From NCBI RefSeq assembly GCF_036971445.1, contig NC_091475.1, positions 175,832,001 through 175,896,000 of the forward strand: a DNA stretch of 64,000 nucleotides, written 5' to 3'. Position 1 is the stretch's first letter. Every line of letters starts with the position of its first letter. This DNA is from Narcine bancroftii (lineage: Eukaryota). Shown one piece after another: positions 12,199 through 24,632 of the stretch. The notes below the pieces were generated by a model. That model ran no database searches. It was not told where the DNA came from and was given only the letters and a program-made list of their open reading frames with translations. A program made the position numbers and the translations under genes.

Positions 12199-13656
12199 AG
12201 TTAACCTATTAATTTTATGATCATTTTGTTGATTTATTGGGAGATCAAACTGGAATTTCCCTGGAAAAATGTTCTTTGCCTCTAGCTTCTTACATACTGT
12301 AAGTATGTCAACAGCTCTGATTTGGGAGGAGTTATCTATCTATTCAATCACGGCTATTAAAGTTGCAGATGAAGTGTAACAAGTCAGGTTGCTGAATTAT
12401 TCTATGTTGCTTTTTTAACATAAAACGGGGAAACTAGCTGAGACATAAAAACATCATGGCATATTTCTTAAACATATACAGGAAATAGAACAAAGGCATG
12501 TATACATGAATCTAACTGCAAGCGGGTAATGTTTTATTTCAGCCTGCATGTCTAATCCTAATCAAATGCAACAAGAATGAAAATACATTCCATACACCCA
12601 TGATTCAAAATCCCATACGGATTCCTGCCAGTAGCTGGGTAATAATACACTACCCATTCAACCTTTGAAACAAAATATAAGTCCTCAGCTATCAAAAGTG
12701 GACTGACCCCAAACATCAGGCAGATGAAAGTGCTCTTAGCATGGTCTGTGATACGAAGAACTGTTACTTTGTTGTGGGCTCTGGGAGTGTATAGATGCAA
12801 ATTCCTGTGATGTGCCTCCAAGAAACAAAATCTTCCAGTGAATTAATCCCCAGCATGGACTACAATGACTGAAAGTGTAGATTACTACCTGCAGCACATT
12901 CCATTTTATGGGCCACTTCAGTTGGAGACAAAACAAAGAGCCTTTATATTTATGATGAGGTACATGCGACTTTTCATGGCAAGAGAATCAGAACTGTGTC
13001 TTGCATGCAGTCCATGGATAAAACACCACAAGATACTCTTTGTTTTAGAGAAATGCAATCAGACCATTATTAGTTGGTGTGTATGAGCAGCATCTTTCTG
13101 ACATTCACAGCCCATGCACTTCAACTCACATCAAGCCATTATTTAGATGTCAATTGCTCTCTTTAATTGCAATATTTCAATAAATAAATACAATTGGCTA
13201 CAAATAAGATTCATACAATTAGGTTTTGTTGGAGTAAAATAAATGTAACCGTCTTCATATCTGTCATTGAATGTTGTGATCAAATTCCCTTAATAACCAT
13301 AATCCTCTTACTTCGATGGTCTTAATAAAAGCCATTTCCTGCTTGATACAGATCAAATCTATCACCCAAGCTCTGGACTCTCCAAGATACTCATGCTTGC
13401 TAATAAATCTCTCCACGGCTTTTCCTCTGACCTTACTTTTCCTCTATCACACAATCTCTTTTGATCTTTTCCAAATGCATGTACATTTGATTCCATTAAC
13501 AAGCTTCCTTTCCCATCTTACTTCAGTAGTTATTAATTTCATAATTACATCCCTTACTTCTTAAATGCCCCTTTCGATACTTGCAATGGCACTTTCTTTC
13601 CCGCCTTCATTTGTTTTGACAGACCCACTCCGTGTGATTTGAACCTTCTCAACTTA

Positions 13657-14652
13657 ACCATATAACCACTTACAGCACAGAACAGGCCAGTTCGGCCCTA
13701 CTAGTCCATGCCGTAACAAATCCCCACCCTCCTAGTCCCACTGACCAGCACCCGGTCCATACCCCTCCAGTCCTCTCCTATCCATGTAACTATCCAGTCT
13801 TTCCTTAAATGTAACCAATGATCCCGCCTCGACCACGTCTGTCAGAAGCTCATTCCACATCCCTACCACCCTTTGCGTAAAGAAATTTCCCCTCATGTTC
13901 CCCTTATCATTTTCCCCCTTCAATCTTAAACCATGCCCTCTAGTTTGAATCTCCCCCACTCTTAATTGAAAAAGCCTATCCACATTTACTCTGTCTGTCC
14001 CTTTTAAAATCTTAAACACTTCTATCAAGTCCCCCCCTCAATCTTCTACGCTCCAGAGAAAAAAGCCCCAGTCTGCACAACCTTTCCCTGTAACTCAAAC
14101 CTTGAAATCCTGTCAACATTCTCGTGAACCTTCTCTGCACTCTCTCTATTTTGTTTATATCTTTCCTATAATTTGGTGACCAAAACTGTACACAGTACTC
14201 CAAATTTGGCCTCACCAATGCCTGGTACAATTTCATCATAACCTCCCTACTCTTGAATTCAATACTCCGATTTATGAAGGCCAACATTCCAAATGCCTTC
14301 TTCTCCACACCATCTACCTGAGTATCAGCCTTGAGAGTACTATTTACCATCACTCCTAAATCCCTTTGTTGCTCTGCACATCTCAATAGCCTACCATTTA
14401 ATGCATATGACCTATTTAGATTTGCCTTTCCAAAATGTAACACCTCACACTTATTGTATTAAATTCCATCAGCCATTTCTCAGCCCTCACCTCCTAAATC
14501 ACCTTTTAATCTACGGTAATCTTCCTCACTGTCCACAACACCACCAATCTTTGTATTGTCCGCAAACTTGCTTATCCAATTCTCCACCCCTACTTCCAGA
14601 TCGTTAATATATATAACAAACAATAGTGGACCGAGGACCGATCCCTGAGGAA
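13657..14652 (-). mobile_element. 5'-truncated CR1/HER1-like LINE
   Basis: ORFs 14012-14443 and 13732-14028 encode the CR1 RT C-terminus (LVRPNLEYCVQFWSP, FFTQRVV); frameshifted; short-repeat tail. Confidence 0.95.
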
Positions 14653-14697
14653 TGTACTTCTCTCGAATGTATTGTCAATTCATTCTCCACTCTCCTT

Positions 14698-14970
14698 TTT
14701 TTTTAAATTTATTTTTCACACCATAAATCGCATTAACCATGATACACACTTTTTCCTTTTCACACATATACAGTGCCATTTTCTCCCCCCCCTCCCTCCT
14801 CCCATCCCACCCTCCCTACCTCCCCCCTCCCGTCCATTTAAGGTATAAAATCTAGGATACATTAAACCAGTCAGACAATGTTGTCATTCAATAAAAATAC
14901 ACCAGAAATTCCACTGAGTCCATTCTTTTCATTTCCTTTTCCTTCCGTTAACTTAGGTAGTGATTGTCTG
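14698..14970 (-). mobile_element. 5'-truncated L1 (3' UTR only), same family as 40133-46113
   Basis: Aligns with 40133-40410; poly(T) on plus strand; 17-bp TSD cattctccactctcctt at 14681-14697 and 14971-14987. Confidence 0.9.
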
Positions 14971-15095
14971 CATTCTCCACTCTCCTTGAAGAGCTCTGAG
15001 ATCTGCCCTTTCATTCTGCATGGATTGGCACATGTAGTCAAGGAGCCTCTCAGATCTTAGTGCCAATTAAAAAGTTGCAGGATCAAACACCCCAT

Positions 15096-16126
15096 TGATC
15101 AGTGGTGTGCCTCAAGGATCTGTATTGGGCCCATTGTTGTTCGTTATATACATTAATGATCTAGATGATGGGGTGGTGAATTGGATTAGTAAATATGCAG
15201 ACGATACTAAGATAGGTGGAATAGTGGATAATGAAGAAGGTTTTCAAGGATTGCAGAGGGATTTGGGCTGCTTAGAAAAGTGGGCTGAAAAATGGCAGAT
15301 GGAATTTAATGCTGATAAGTGTGAGGTGCTTCATTTTGGTAAGAAGAATCAGAATAGGACATATGTGGTAAATGGGAGAGCATTGAGGAATACAGAAGAG
15401 CAGAAAGATTTAGGAGTAACGGTACATCGTTCCCTGAAGGTAGAAACTCACGTGAATAGGGTGGTGAAGAAGGCTTTTAGTATGCTGGCCTTTATCAATC
15501 ATTGCATGGAATATAGGAGTTGGGAGGTGATGTTGAGATTGTATAAGACGTTGGTGCGGCCTAATTTGGAGTTCTGTGTGCAGTTCTGGTCGCCTAATTA
15601 TAGGAAGGATATAAACAGAGTGGAGAGAGTGCAGAGAAGGTTTACCAGAATGTTGCCTGGGTTTAAGCATCTGGAGTATGGGGAGAGATTGGACAGATTG
15701 GGTCTTTATTCTTTGGAGCGTAGAAGGTTGAGAGGGGATTTGATAGAAGTATTTAAGATTATGAAAGGGATAGACAGAATGGATGTGGATAGACTATTTC
15801 CGTTAAGAGGAGGAAAGATTAAAACAAGAGGACATGAGTTAAGAATTAAGGGGCAGAGGTTTAGAGGTAACATGAGGGGGAACTTCTTTACTCAGAGAGT
15901 GGTAGCTGTGTGGAATCATCTTCCGGGAGAAATAGTGGCGGCGGAGTCAATTGTATTATTTAAGAAAAGGTTGGACAGGTATATGGATGAGAAGAAGATG
16001 GAGGGTTATGGGCATTGTGCAGGGTGGTGGGACTAGAAAGGGGTGTTTGGTTCGGTGCGGACTAGAAGGGCCTAATGGCCTGTTTCCGTGCTGTAATTGT
16101 TATGTTATTATGTTATTATGTTATGA
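15096..16126 (+). mobile_element. 5'-truncated young CR1-like LINE with open RT fragment
   Basis: 313-aa uninterrupted ORF with GVPQGSVLGP and YADD motifs and CR1 C-terminus; (TTATG)-like tail. Confidence 0.95.
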
Positions 16127-16249
16127 TTTCAATGGTGATTAAATGGCCGTGGATTACTTTTCAAAACTTATTTCACTTCAGTTCAATGTTTATAATTCCA
16201 AATGTGTTAATTAAATTATCTTTTAAACTTACTTTTTTTCCATGTTTTT

Positions 16250-16770
16250 AAGTCAAGTTTACTGTCATCTGATTGTACAAATATAACCTGACGAAACAGC
16301 ATTCTCCGGTCCTCGATGCAAAACCCGCAGACGCACAACGCACAGGAAAATACATATGCAAAACAAGTGTTTCATCTATACAAATAAATAAATAAATATT
16401 GTTTCCTGAATATGAGGGTCTCGGATGGTTAGTGTGAGCAGTTCCTTTGGTTGTTCAGTATTCTCACCACCTGGGGGAAGAAGTTGTTCCTCAGCCTGGT
16501 GGAGCTGGCTCTAATCCTCCTGTATCAATTCCCCATCGGGAGCAGATGAATGATGCTGTGTGCAGGGTGGAAGGGGTCCTCAATGATTTTGTGTGCCCTC
16601 TTCAGATAATGATCCTGATAGATGACATTAATGGGGGTGGGGGGTGGGGAGAGGGAGACTCCAGTGATTTTTTTTGCCATTCTTATGGTCCCGTGGATTG
16701 ACCTCCGATCCATTTCTCTGAAACAACTGCACCACATTGTGATCCAGCCGGCCAGGATGCTCTCGATAAT
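16250..16770 (-). mobile_element. Rex1-like LINE 3' fragment
   Basis: IESILAGWITMW...KIIEDPFHPAHS is the Rex1-type ORF C-terminus. Confidence 0.75.
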
Positions 16771-17132
16771 CATTTTCTTGAATGTTAATAGTTTTTAAAT
16801 ACTCTGAATGCTAAACAATTAAAAATTATGTAAAGTCATGCAGTTTTTACCTGTTGGAAAACTCAGGGTGGGATGTGGTTGGTGGGCAGTTTTAAGAGGA
16901 AATCTCCTCATTATACCACCAACCAGACCTTACCCCTGGATTCCAGAATGACAGGTCAGTGAGACAGACTTTCAGCATGAAGACCAGAGCACTGCAGGCA
17001 TAAGGGGAGCATAGGAAATGATTCCAAGCACTGCATCAACTGACCAAGATCTAGTAAAAATAAATTCGGGCACTGAACTAACAATTAACATTTACATATT
17101 ACAGATTTAGAATTCTCACAATACAGAAATAG

Positions 17133-17370
17133 TTTTTTTAAAAAGTTTAGACATACAGCACAGTAAAAGGAGCTTTCAGCCCACGAGCCTGTGTCACCCA
17201 AATACCAATAACCCTTGTTCGTTTTGAAGGGTGGGAGGAAACTGGAGCACTGGGGGAAACCCACACAGACACAGGGAGAACTTACAAACTCCTTACAGAC
17301 AGCGCTGGATTGGAACCTGGGTGGCTGTCAGTGTAATAGCGTTGCACTAGAACTATGCTAACCGTGCCAC
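17133..17370 (-). mobile_element. V-SINE (HE1-like)
   Basis: Homologous to 11950-12198. Confidence 0.85.
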
Positions 17371-19517
17371 CGATTTTACCACTTCATTCTCCAAGCATTC
17401 TCCTCTGTCCCTCTCCCCATTTCACTTCTGTGAAGCTTTTGTCTCTCTCGAATACCATCGGTTCTCCATTTACACTTCATCCCCCATACAGAAGGTGTCA
17501 AAGTCCTTTGTTTCTTTCTTGACAAGAGACCTTACCAGTCACCTTCCACCACCATCCTCTTCCACCTGGCAGAACTTGTTCTCGCTCTTTATAATTTCTC
17601 CTTTGACCCATTCCATTTTCTTCAAATGAAAAGAGAAGCCATGGGTCCCAGAGATGCCTGCCAGTTTGTGGGCTTTGTGAAGCAATTTCTACAGCAAGCC
17701 TACACAGGCAAGGCCTCTCAACTTTCCCTATATTGATAGCTATTTCTGAGCTGCCTCATGCACCCATGATGACCTCGTCAACTTCATTCACTTCGCTGCC
17801 AACTTCCTCCCTGATCTCACATTCATCTCTGGCAACATTCTCCCTTTTCTTGATCTCCCTATCTCCGTCTCAGGAGACAAGCTTTTACAAACCCATCAAC
17901 TCCCACAACTATCTTGACTACTGTTACTTTGTGAGCCCTGATTGGACTGTACCTCCCATGGTGTTCCATAAATGGAGGAGAGGTATTTCAGCCCAGAATG
18001 GTGTTGTCCCGTTCGACCTGCTGGCAGGACACCGCCACCAGAGTAGGTGTCCACCATTGTCACTATGAAGGCCTTTTCCTTTTGGCGTAGGAGAGGTCCA
18101 ACATAGACTACTTGCCAGACATGGCCTGCTCCTGTGCACCGCCAAATAGGCCCCAGTGTACTGGCCGTCCAGCCCCGTGGTTTAACCTATTGGTATGTGG
18201 GGCAAATATCTACCACAGCCCGTGCTTGATCCTGGGTTAATGCCACCCCAAGCCCTCTGCCCACCATTGTATTCTATAGGACCCCAGGTGACCGCTCTTC
18301 CTGTGGGCCCATGTCACCAGGTCACTGGAATCTACATAATCAGAATAGATGGAGGCTGTACAGATTTGTGCTGCATGGTCCATGGTGGCATTGTGAATGG
18401 CCTCCACTGTGGCATCCACAAGGGAGACTGTGAGTACCATCTGCTCAGCCTGCTCCCAGAGGTATCTCCAGTGCTGCTGACCCCATAGTGGGCAATTGTG
18501 GATCTCCCACCCCGCGTCGTGATAACAAGGTATCCAAACCACCACTCTGTTCACTACTGCCCATAAGTCCGAATAGATATGGAGTGGACCCATTGTTGAT
18601 TTAATCGTGAGAAATCCTGCAGCCAGCTCATACCCCCACCCCTTCCTGAGTTAGGGTCTTACCACTGGCTGGGTGCCGCTGCTCACCATAACTGCTTCCT
18701 GTTTGGCTTTCAACTCGAGCCATCCGTGAACCTCGCTTGTTGCTCTTTCTCTTTGGTGAGGGATTCAAATGGCTGACCAAGATACGGGGGAGGGATTGAC
18801 GACGGGAACTTCAGGAGGGACATGATTTTCTTGTGCAGCCTACTGACTTCTTCTGGCCCTGCTTCTGCCTTGTCACCAATGTACCATCGCCACAACAACA
18901 GAGGAGCACTGCACGTGTCCACCGCCTAATGGACAGGTGAGACCAGAGTACAACAGTCTCATTGGCTGTTTGGTGCTCTGTGGTGAGGAGAGCCAAATAG
19001 CCTACCAGGAGCTGGCGTTCTAAAGGGATATAGCAGGAGGTGGGCTCGGGAATGCTCTTTGTCCAGAAGCCAAGTGGAACTCTGAGGCCTTTAATTTTCT
19101 ACCAGATGCTCCAGTTGCCCATTATGGTGGTGGCTGAGACCAGGAGACTAGCGACAGTGCCTGCTCCATGGCTTGTTTTGCCATCTTGAATGCTAGCTGC
19201 TGTCCAAGGCCCAGTGTTCTTCCTGGAGGTGGCATACAGCAGGTGTAAGATAGGGGATATGCTGCCGCCAGTAGCCCAAAAGGCAGCAAAATTCTGTGTT
19301 TCAGCTTTGCCGGTGGGCACTGTTGTGTTTAAAATATTATTTTGTGTTGCCTCCAGGATATCACTCTGGCCTGAGTGCCACTGGACAAATATGGCAAATT
19401 TGGGGGTGGGGGGGGCCTTGTCCCACAGCCGGAGTAGCCATGCAGCTAAATACTTGCCCCCCCACCGTCAGCTGGCGGTATCTGTCCGCCCGCCCAGCCA
19501 ACTTCTTGGGGGAATAT

Positions 19518-20496
19518 TGTTACTAGCCCAAAGGAACCCAAAACCCTCTAGCAATAGACATTCACCAAGATGAGTGGTTTTTAAAACAAAAGTAATTTTT
19601 AATCAACTTTAAACATGAAAATAGAATCAAACATTAACTTAACTCTATACATAACTAACCCAAATTAACCCCCTTCTAATTCTAAGCACACGTGTATGTA
19701 ATGTGTGTGTGTAAATTCAAGAAAAGTTCTTTGGTTCACAGTTCAATCTCACTTCTCCTTCTTCCAAGTTTTCTGGTTGCAGGCAATCAGAGCACAGAAT
19801 TTAACATGTATAAAGTTCACCAGGCTTGGTGCTTGAAAGGTAAATGTTTACCGCTCAGGAAGGTTCTTGTAGGGTTTGCAGAGTTGTTGCTCCAGGATTT
19901 CCACAACTGAGGTACCAGCACTGGTCACCTCAGGGTCTCGCAGATGAAACTTGCCCCATCAGAGTTTTTCAGATGGTAACCTCTTTCTTTCAGGTTATGA
20001 CAGAACTCCTTCTGTTCCTCTTATTCCAAGCCATCCACTGCTTTTGGAACTTTTCATCAGTTCTTCCTGGATTGCACTGTGTCACACACACACCAGCTGA
20101 GAGAGCTTCTCTTCTCTCTCTCTCTCTCTCTCTCCAACTGAAACTCCAAAGAGAGCATGTGACTCATGTCTTGCAAAACCCCACCTTCTCCAGCAAATAA
20201 CAGGAGTTCTTTCTTCTGCTCTATCTGTTGTTATCTAAGGTAAACAATCCAGAGTTGACCTTTCTGTGACCGCTTTACAGAAAGGGTACTGATAGACAGC
20301 ATGACTCCAGCAAGACTATAGTCAAGCAACACCTACTTGTTCAATTAACACCTACTTGTGAAAGTTGTTTACATTTTCCAGAGATCTTGCAATGTGAATT
20401 CTTCAGTCTTTCAAATAAGATCTGTTTTAAAATGTGTGTATGTATGTGACCTACTCTAAACCTTATAAATTCTCCCCAAATATTAATATTGTTACA
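19518..20496 (-). mobile_element. Solo LTR (Gypsy-type) nested in the ERV gag
   Basis: TGTTAC...TGTTACA termini; reverse-strand homologue of 50729-51743; ATAT/GTAT flanks. Confidence 0.8.
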
Positions 20497-21318
20497 GTAT
20501 TCCCGGGCCTCTGATCTCGTACTGGCCCCTCACCCATCCACTCGGACCCTCTCCATTCTCAGCAACTTCCCTGTTGTGGAAGGCCAATGGGCAGTCCTTG
20601 TGGCGGGTCTGGAACCGCGTGGTTACCGGCCAGGCTTGTAAGGTCTCCGGGACGAGAGGGGGTGGGGCGCATAACCTAACTCCACCTCCTCAAAGTTATC
20701 ATTGTGCAGCCACTTGTCCCCATCTCTTGCCCACGCATGACGATGGTTCTGATTTTTCAGGATCAACCTGCCAGTCGGATTAGTACGCTGTCTGAAGCTG
20801 TTGTGTCTCGACTAGCTGGTAGACAGCTTCAGTGTACCTAGCATCCAAGCTCCTGATACACGCCCTGGCAGCGTCCACAGTCTCTGCAGGGACTATGATG
20901 GAGCTTTAGTCATTCAATCTATTCATCTTTCTGGGCGTTCTGATTTCTTAAATCAGACATGATACCCCACTGGCACCTAAGTACAGATATCAGTAACCAT
21001 AGGGCTCCCCCTTGTCTTGGGAAAACCTGATTCATCAAGGAGGGGGATCAAATAGTGCCCTATCTTCACTCCATGGGGGTCCAGCCTGTCGATCTAGTCG
21101 ACTAGCATGGTTTGCCAGCCACGCTGCTAAACAGCTGAACCCCTGGCAGTCATCGGTCCTCCCAGGGAATTTATATTCCGATTCCGGGGTTCCCTTACTA
21201 GCCATTGGTAAGCAGGTACACAATAATGTATGCACCCAACAGGACACCCACATACACACTTGCTAGCCAATCTCCCACATGGTTAGTACTCCACCTGTGT
21301 CCAGCTGAAACTCTTTGA

Positions 21319-21336
21319 ACCCTGCTCGCAGCACCA
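21319..21336 (-). promoter_or_regulatory. Primer-binding site, tRNA-Ser-like
   Basis: TGGTGCTGCGAGCAGGGT lies 2 nt after the LTR CA and is close to the complement of the vertebrate tRNA-Ser(TGA/CGA) 3' end (from memory). Confidence 0.75.
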
Positions 21337-22339
21337 ATTGTTGTGTTTGGAATAGTATCAAGTTCAGTGGGTTCACAGAGAGACAAGTCTGGACACAAGT
21401 GTTACAATCAAAGGTAACTTTATTAAACACAAGGGAGATAAACAAGGGAAGATGTCAAATGATATTTACTACTACTAAATAATTATATTGACATTCACAT
21501 CAGACCCAGATTGGACTCCAATACCAGTGGCCACCTATCCTCTACACAGTACGAGACAAAAACTATATTGGTGTAAGCAGGCACATCGGGCATAAGGGAC
21601 TCTGATATCCACACTCTCCTGCATGTGTACACACTTTACTGATAGGGACTTTCAAACACACTCCCGATTCCCTTTAACAAAAGGGGTTGAGGTCTCTGCA
21701 AGCATTGACCTATCACAGTCCACGACTCAACTGAAGTATAGTACACATCTTACCCGGGACCCCTCCAGCAATGTCCACAGTAGCAACCTGGCATGGAGCA
21801 ATGTCTGGGACTTGGACCAAGAGGAGGAGGAGAGAGAGAAATGTGGTATGCATCAACATTTTATCCTGTTGTGAGCTGGATTGGCAGGTAATGCAACTTT
21901 CTAACAAGTTTCAGACAGGGCGGTCACGTGACCACCCACAATCCTCAATGTTCCAGACAGACAGGGAGGCACATGTTTCTCCACAATCTGCATATAACAA
22001 CTAAACCTCTTCCCACCCTGTCCCCAGCAAGGATTCTATTCCATTCATGCAATTTCTCCATCTCCACTACATCTGTTCCTAAGATGAGGCCTTCCAGTCC
22101 AGATCTTCTGAAATATTTACCTTCTTCCATAAACGTGGCTTCCCCTCCACCACCATCAACTTAGCCCTCACCCGCATCTCCTCCATTCCCCGCACATCTG
22201 CCTTGACCCCCTCTGCCCCCAGATGTAGCAAACATAGGATTCCCTTTGTCCTTGCCTCCCAACCCACTAGCCTCTGTATCCAACACATTACCCTCTGGAA
22301 TTTCTGCCACCTACAACAGGACCCTACCAATAGACACAT

Positions 22340-22561
22340 TGATTCACCATCACTGACTGAAAACGACTGAATTTGAGCAAACGAATAGGCTTTTATTTGC
22401 TATAGAACAAAAGCACCTCCATTCTGCTCAACTGTCCTGCACTGGGGCACTGGGATGTAGAACAGTCACCTTTATTCAGAAGCCTGTAGGAAGGGTCATA
22501 GGTACAGCCGACCAATGGGTGTGCCCAAACAGATAAATATATACATATAGTGGTTATCCCA
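22340..22561. mobile_element. Short LTR-like insertion in the Penelope remnant
   Basis: About 220 bp starting TG and ending near CA; interrupts colinear Penelope sequence; ACAT on both flanks. Confidence 0.45.
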
Positions 22562-23386
22562 AACATATTCCCCTCTCCGTCTTCCACAGGGACTGCAACC
22601 TCTGTGACTCCATTGTCCAATCATCCCTCTCCATCAATCACGCCACCACCCCCCCCCCCCCCCCCCCACCCCGGCACCTTCCCCTGTGACTGTAGGAAGT
22701 GCCAGACTTGCACCCACATCTCCTCCCTCACCACCATTTAGGGCCCCAGTCAGTCCTTTCAAGTAAAGCAATACTTCATTTGTGTATCTGCAGGAGTTAC
22801 CTACTGCAACTGGTGCTCCCTCCCTTATCCACCTATGACCTCCTGCCTGTGCTCCGCCCCCAGCCCCTCCCCACCTAGCATTCTGTTAAGACTCAAGCCC
22901 AAAATATTGGTTATGTATCTTTATCTTTGCTACATAAAGTACACTGACTGATCAGCTGTGTTTCTCCAGTGTTGTGTTTTTAATTTTATCTATTGTTCCT
23001 GCCATCCAACCACACTGGGGGCATTATGCATTGGTGCATAATAATAACCTAATAATCATCACAGATTTGTTATGTGAGTGGAAACCCATCCCACCACAGG
23101 GAGAATGTGTAAACTCCACACAATGGTATTGGAGGTCGCCAGGGTGTTCGGAAAACTAATAGCCAAATATCATCCCTGTGTGTTCTGAGGTCCCTGCCAC
23201 TGATATCAATCGCGGTCTCTGCCCCAATTCTGTACAAGCCTTAAATCTGTATCAACTTGATACAGGCATTTCTGAATTATACTGAAACAGGAAACGGGTG
23301 AGCGCATCTCTCATATCTACATTGGATGCAATTTCAGTATTGACAACAAGTAATGGAACAAGTAAATATTGATAAAAGTGAATTTT

Positions 23387-23744
23387 CTTTCTTTTTCACT
23401 CTTTTTATTAAGTTTCAGATTAATAAATATAAGAATGATACAGAGATCAGGATTTCATTAACAACGGTTAACATACAAACACAGACATCAAGCCTTCGAT
23501 TATATAGATCGAGCCTTCAATTTCTCTTAAAGCCAAACATGAAAAGGAATCAAATTTTATTGCAAAAATATCACCCGAACTAAGAAACAAAACAGAAAAG
23601 AAAACAAAACCTGGGCTACCATGTTTCAGCGGTTAAACAATTATTTTGTGGTTAATTCCCCTCCTCTACACTCACACAAACAAATGTTGAGAAGGATTCG
23701 GAAAGGATCAACTTACGTCATATGAAAATGTTGAATAAATGGCC
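23387..23744 (-). mobile_element. 5'-truncated L1 3' end
   Basis: 17-bp TSD tgataaaagtgaatttt (23370-23386, 23745-23761); minus strand begins with ORF2 end PFIQHFHMT-stop; AATAAA and A-rich tail. Confidence 0.85.
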
Positions 23745-24632
23745 TGATAAAAGTGAATTTTAATCACTGATTTAAAATTTCAAAGGTCTCATTCATGAGG
23801 AAACCTGTTATCCTCAGCTGGCGTGGTCCACATGTAGTTCAGTCTGGATGACTGGCGTCATTTCATATGAGGGTGACCAGCAAATCAGCAAAGGTTCAAG
23901 ACGACTATTAACATCTTCTCAGGACAACCCGGGCTGGGCTGTGCCAGGGTCATCCATATTCTAAGAATGAACACAAAACTACAGTGCACCTCTGTAGAAC
24001 ATGCTGCAATCTAATTCCATGATTGAAGCACATTGTCCAAGGAGAGTCATTCTGTCCCACCAGAGGCTCTACACAAACTTGTGTTGGGGTCACATCTTTC
24101 ATCTCCATCAGCAGCAAAAACAAAATACAACTCGGTGGGAATGAGCAGCAAGTTTTTGATTCAGTTTTAATGGTACTTTTACAAAATGTGAGGCATGCTT
24201 TGATAGTTGGACACTCCATGAGACTCAACAATCTATTGGCTAGAAAGTTCTTGCTTTTACAAGATGAGATTGACTCAACGGAAACAGAACAGAAACAGCT
24301 AATTTTGGAACACAGAAATTTAGAAAAAGGAGTTGGTCATTAACCCTTTGAGCCACTTTCAATATTCAATGAGATCATTGCTTATCTATTCCTCATTATT
24401 TTCCTGTTCCATCTTTTAACACTAACATTGACGACTGTACAACTGCCTTCTATTGAAATCCATTGGCCACAGATTTGACTGTTAACTTAGTCCATTAACT
24501 TCTGTGCAATTTTATTCCTTAATTTGTACTACTTACAATGTAACTTATTTTTGTATCAATGACAAATCCCATCACGTTTTGTTTTTAATGTCAGGCTGTC
24601 GCACCACGACTTACCTTCCTATCCTGGTCAGG

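Larger units (their letters stand above)
17922..21999 (-). mobile_element. Deleted class III (ERV-L/ERV-S-like) endogenous retrovirus: 5' LTR 21339-21999, gag remnant, pol (RT thumb, RNase H, start of integrase)
   Basis: Peptides WRWYIGDKAEAGPEEVSRLH, ARFTDGSS, IYSDLWAV..GWEIHNCPLWG, WAHRKSGHLG and gag YRQ..AAWLLRLWD resemble ERV-L/S proteins; LTR TG..CA; 5-bp TSD ACTAC/ACTAA. Confidence 0.85.
17375..22975 (+). mobile_element. Degenerate Penelope-like element split by the ERV (parts 17375-17921 and 22000-22975)
   Basis: RT motifs FLQMK..AMG and YKPINSHNYLDY resume after the ERV as TSSHPV..KDSIPF.QFL; PCDCRKCQTC linker precedes a GIY-YIG-type region. Confidence 0.8.

Noticed and set aside
12950-13102. 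Possible C/D snoRNA (ATGATGA ... CTGA)
   Set aside because: No terminal stem or convincing internal boxes; expected by chance.
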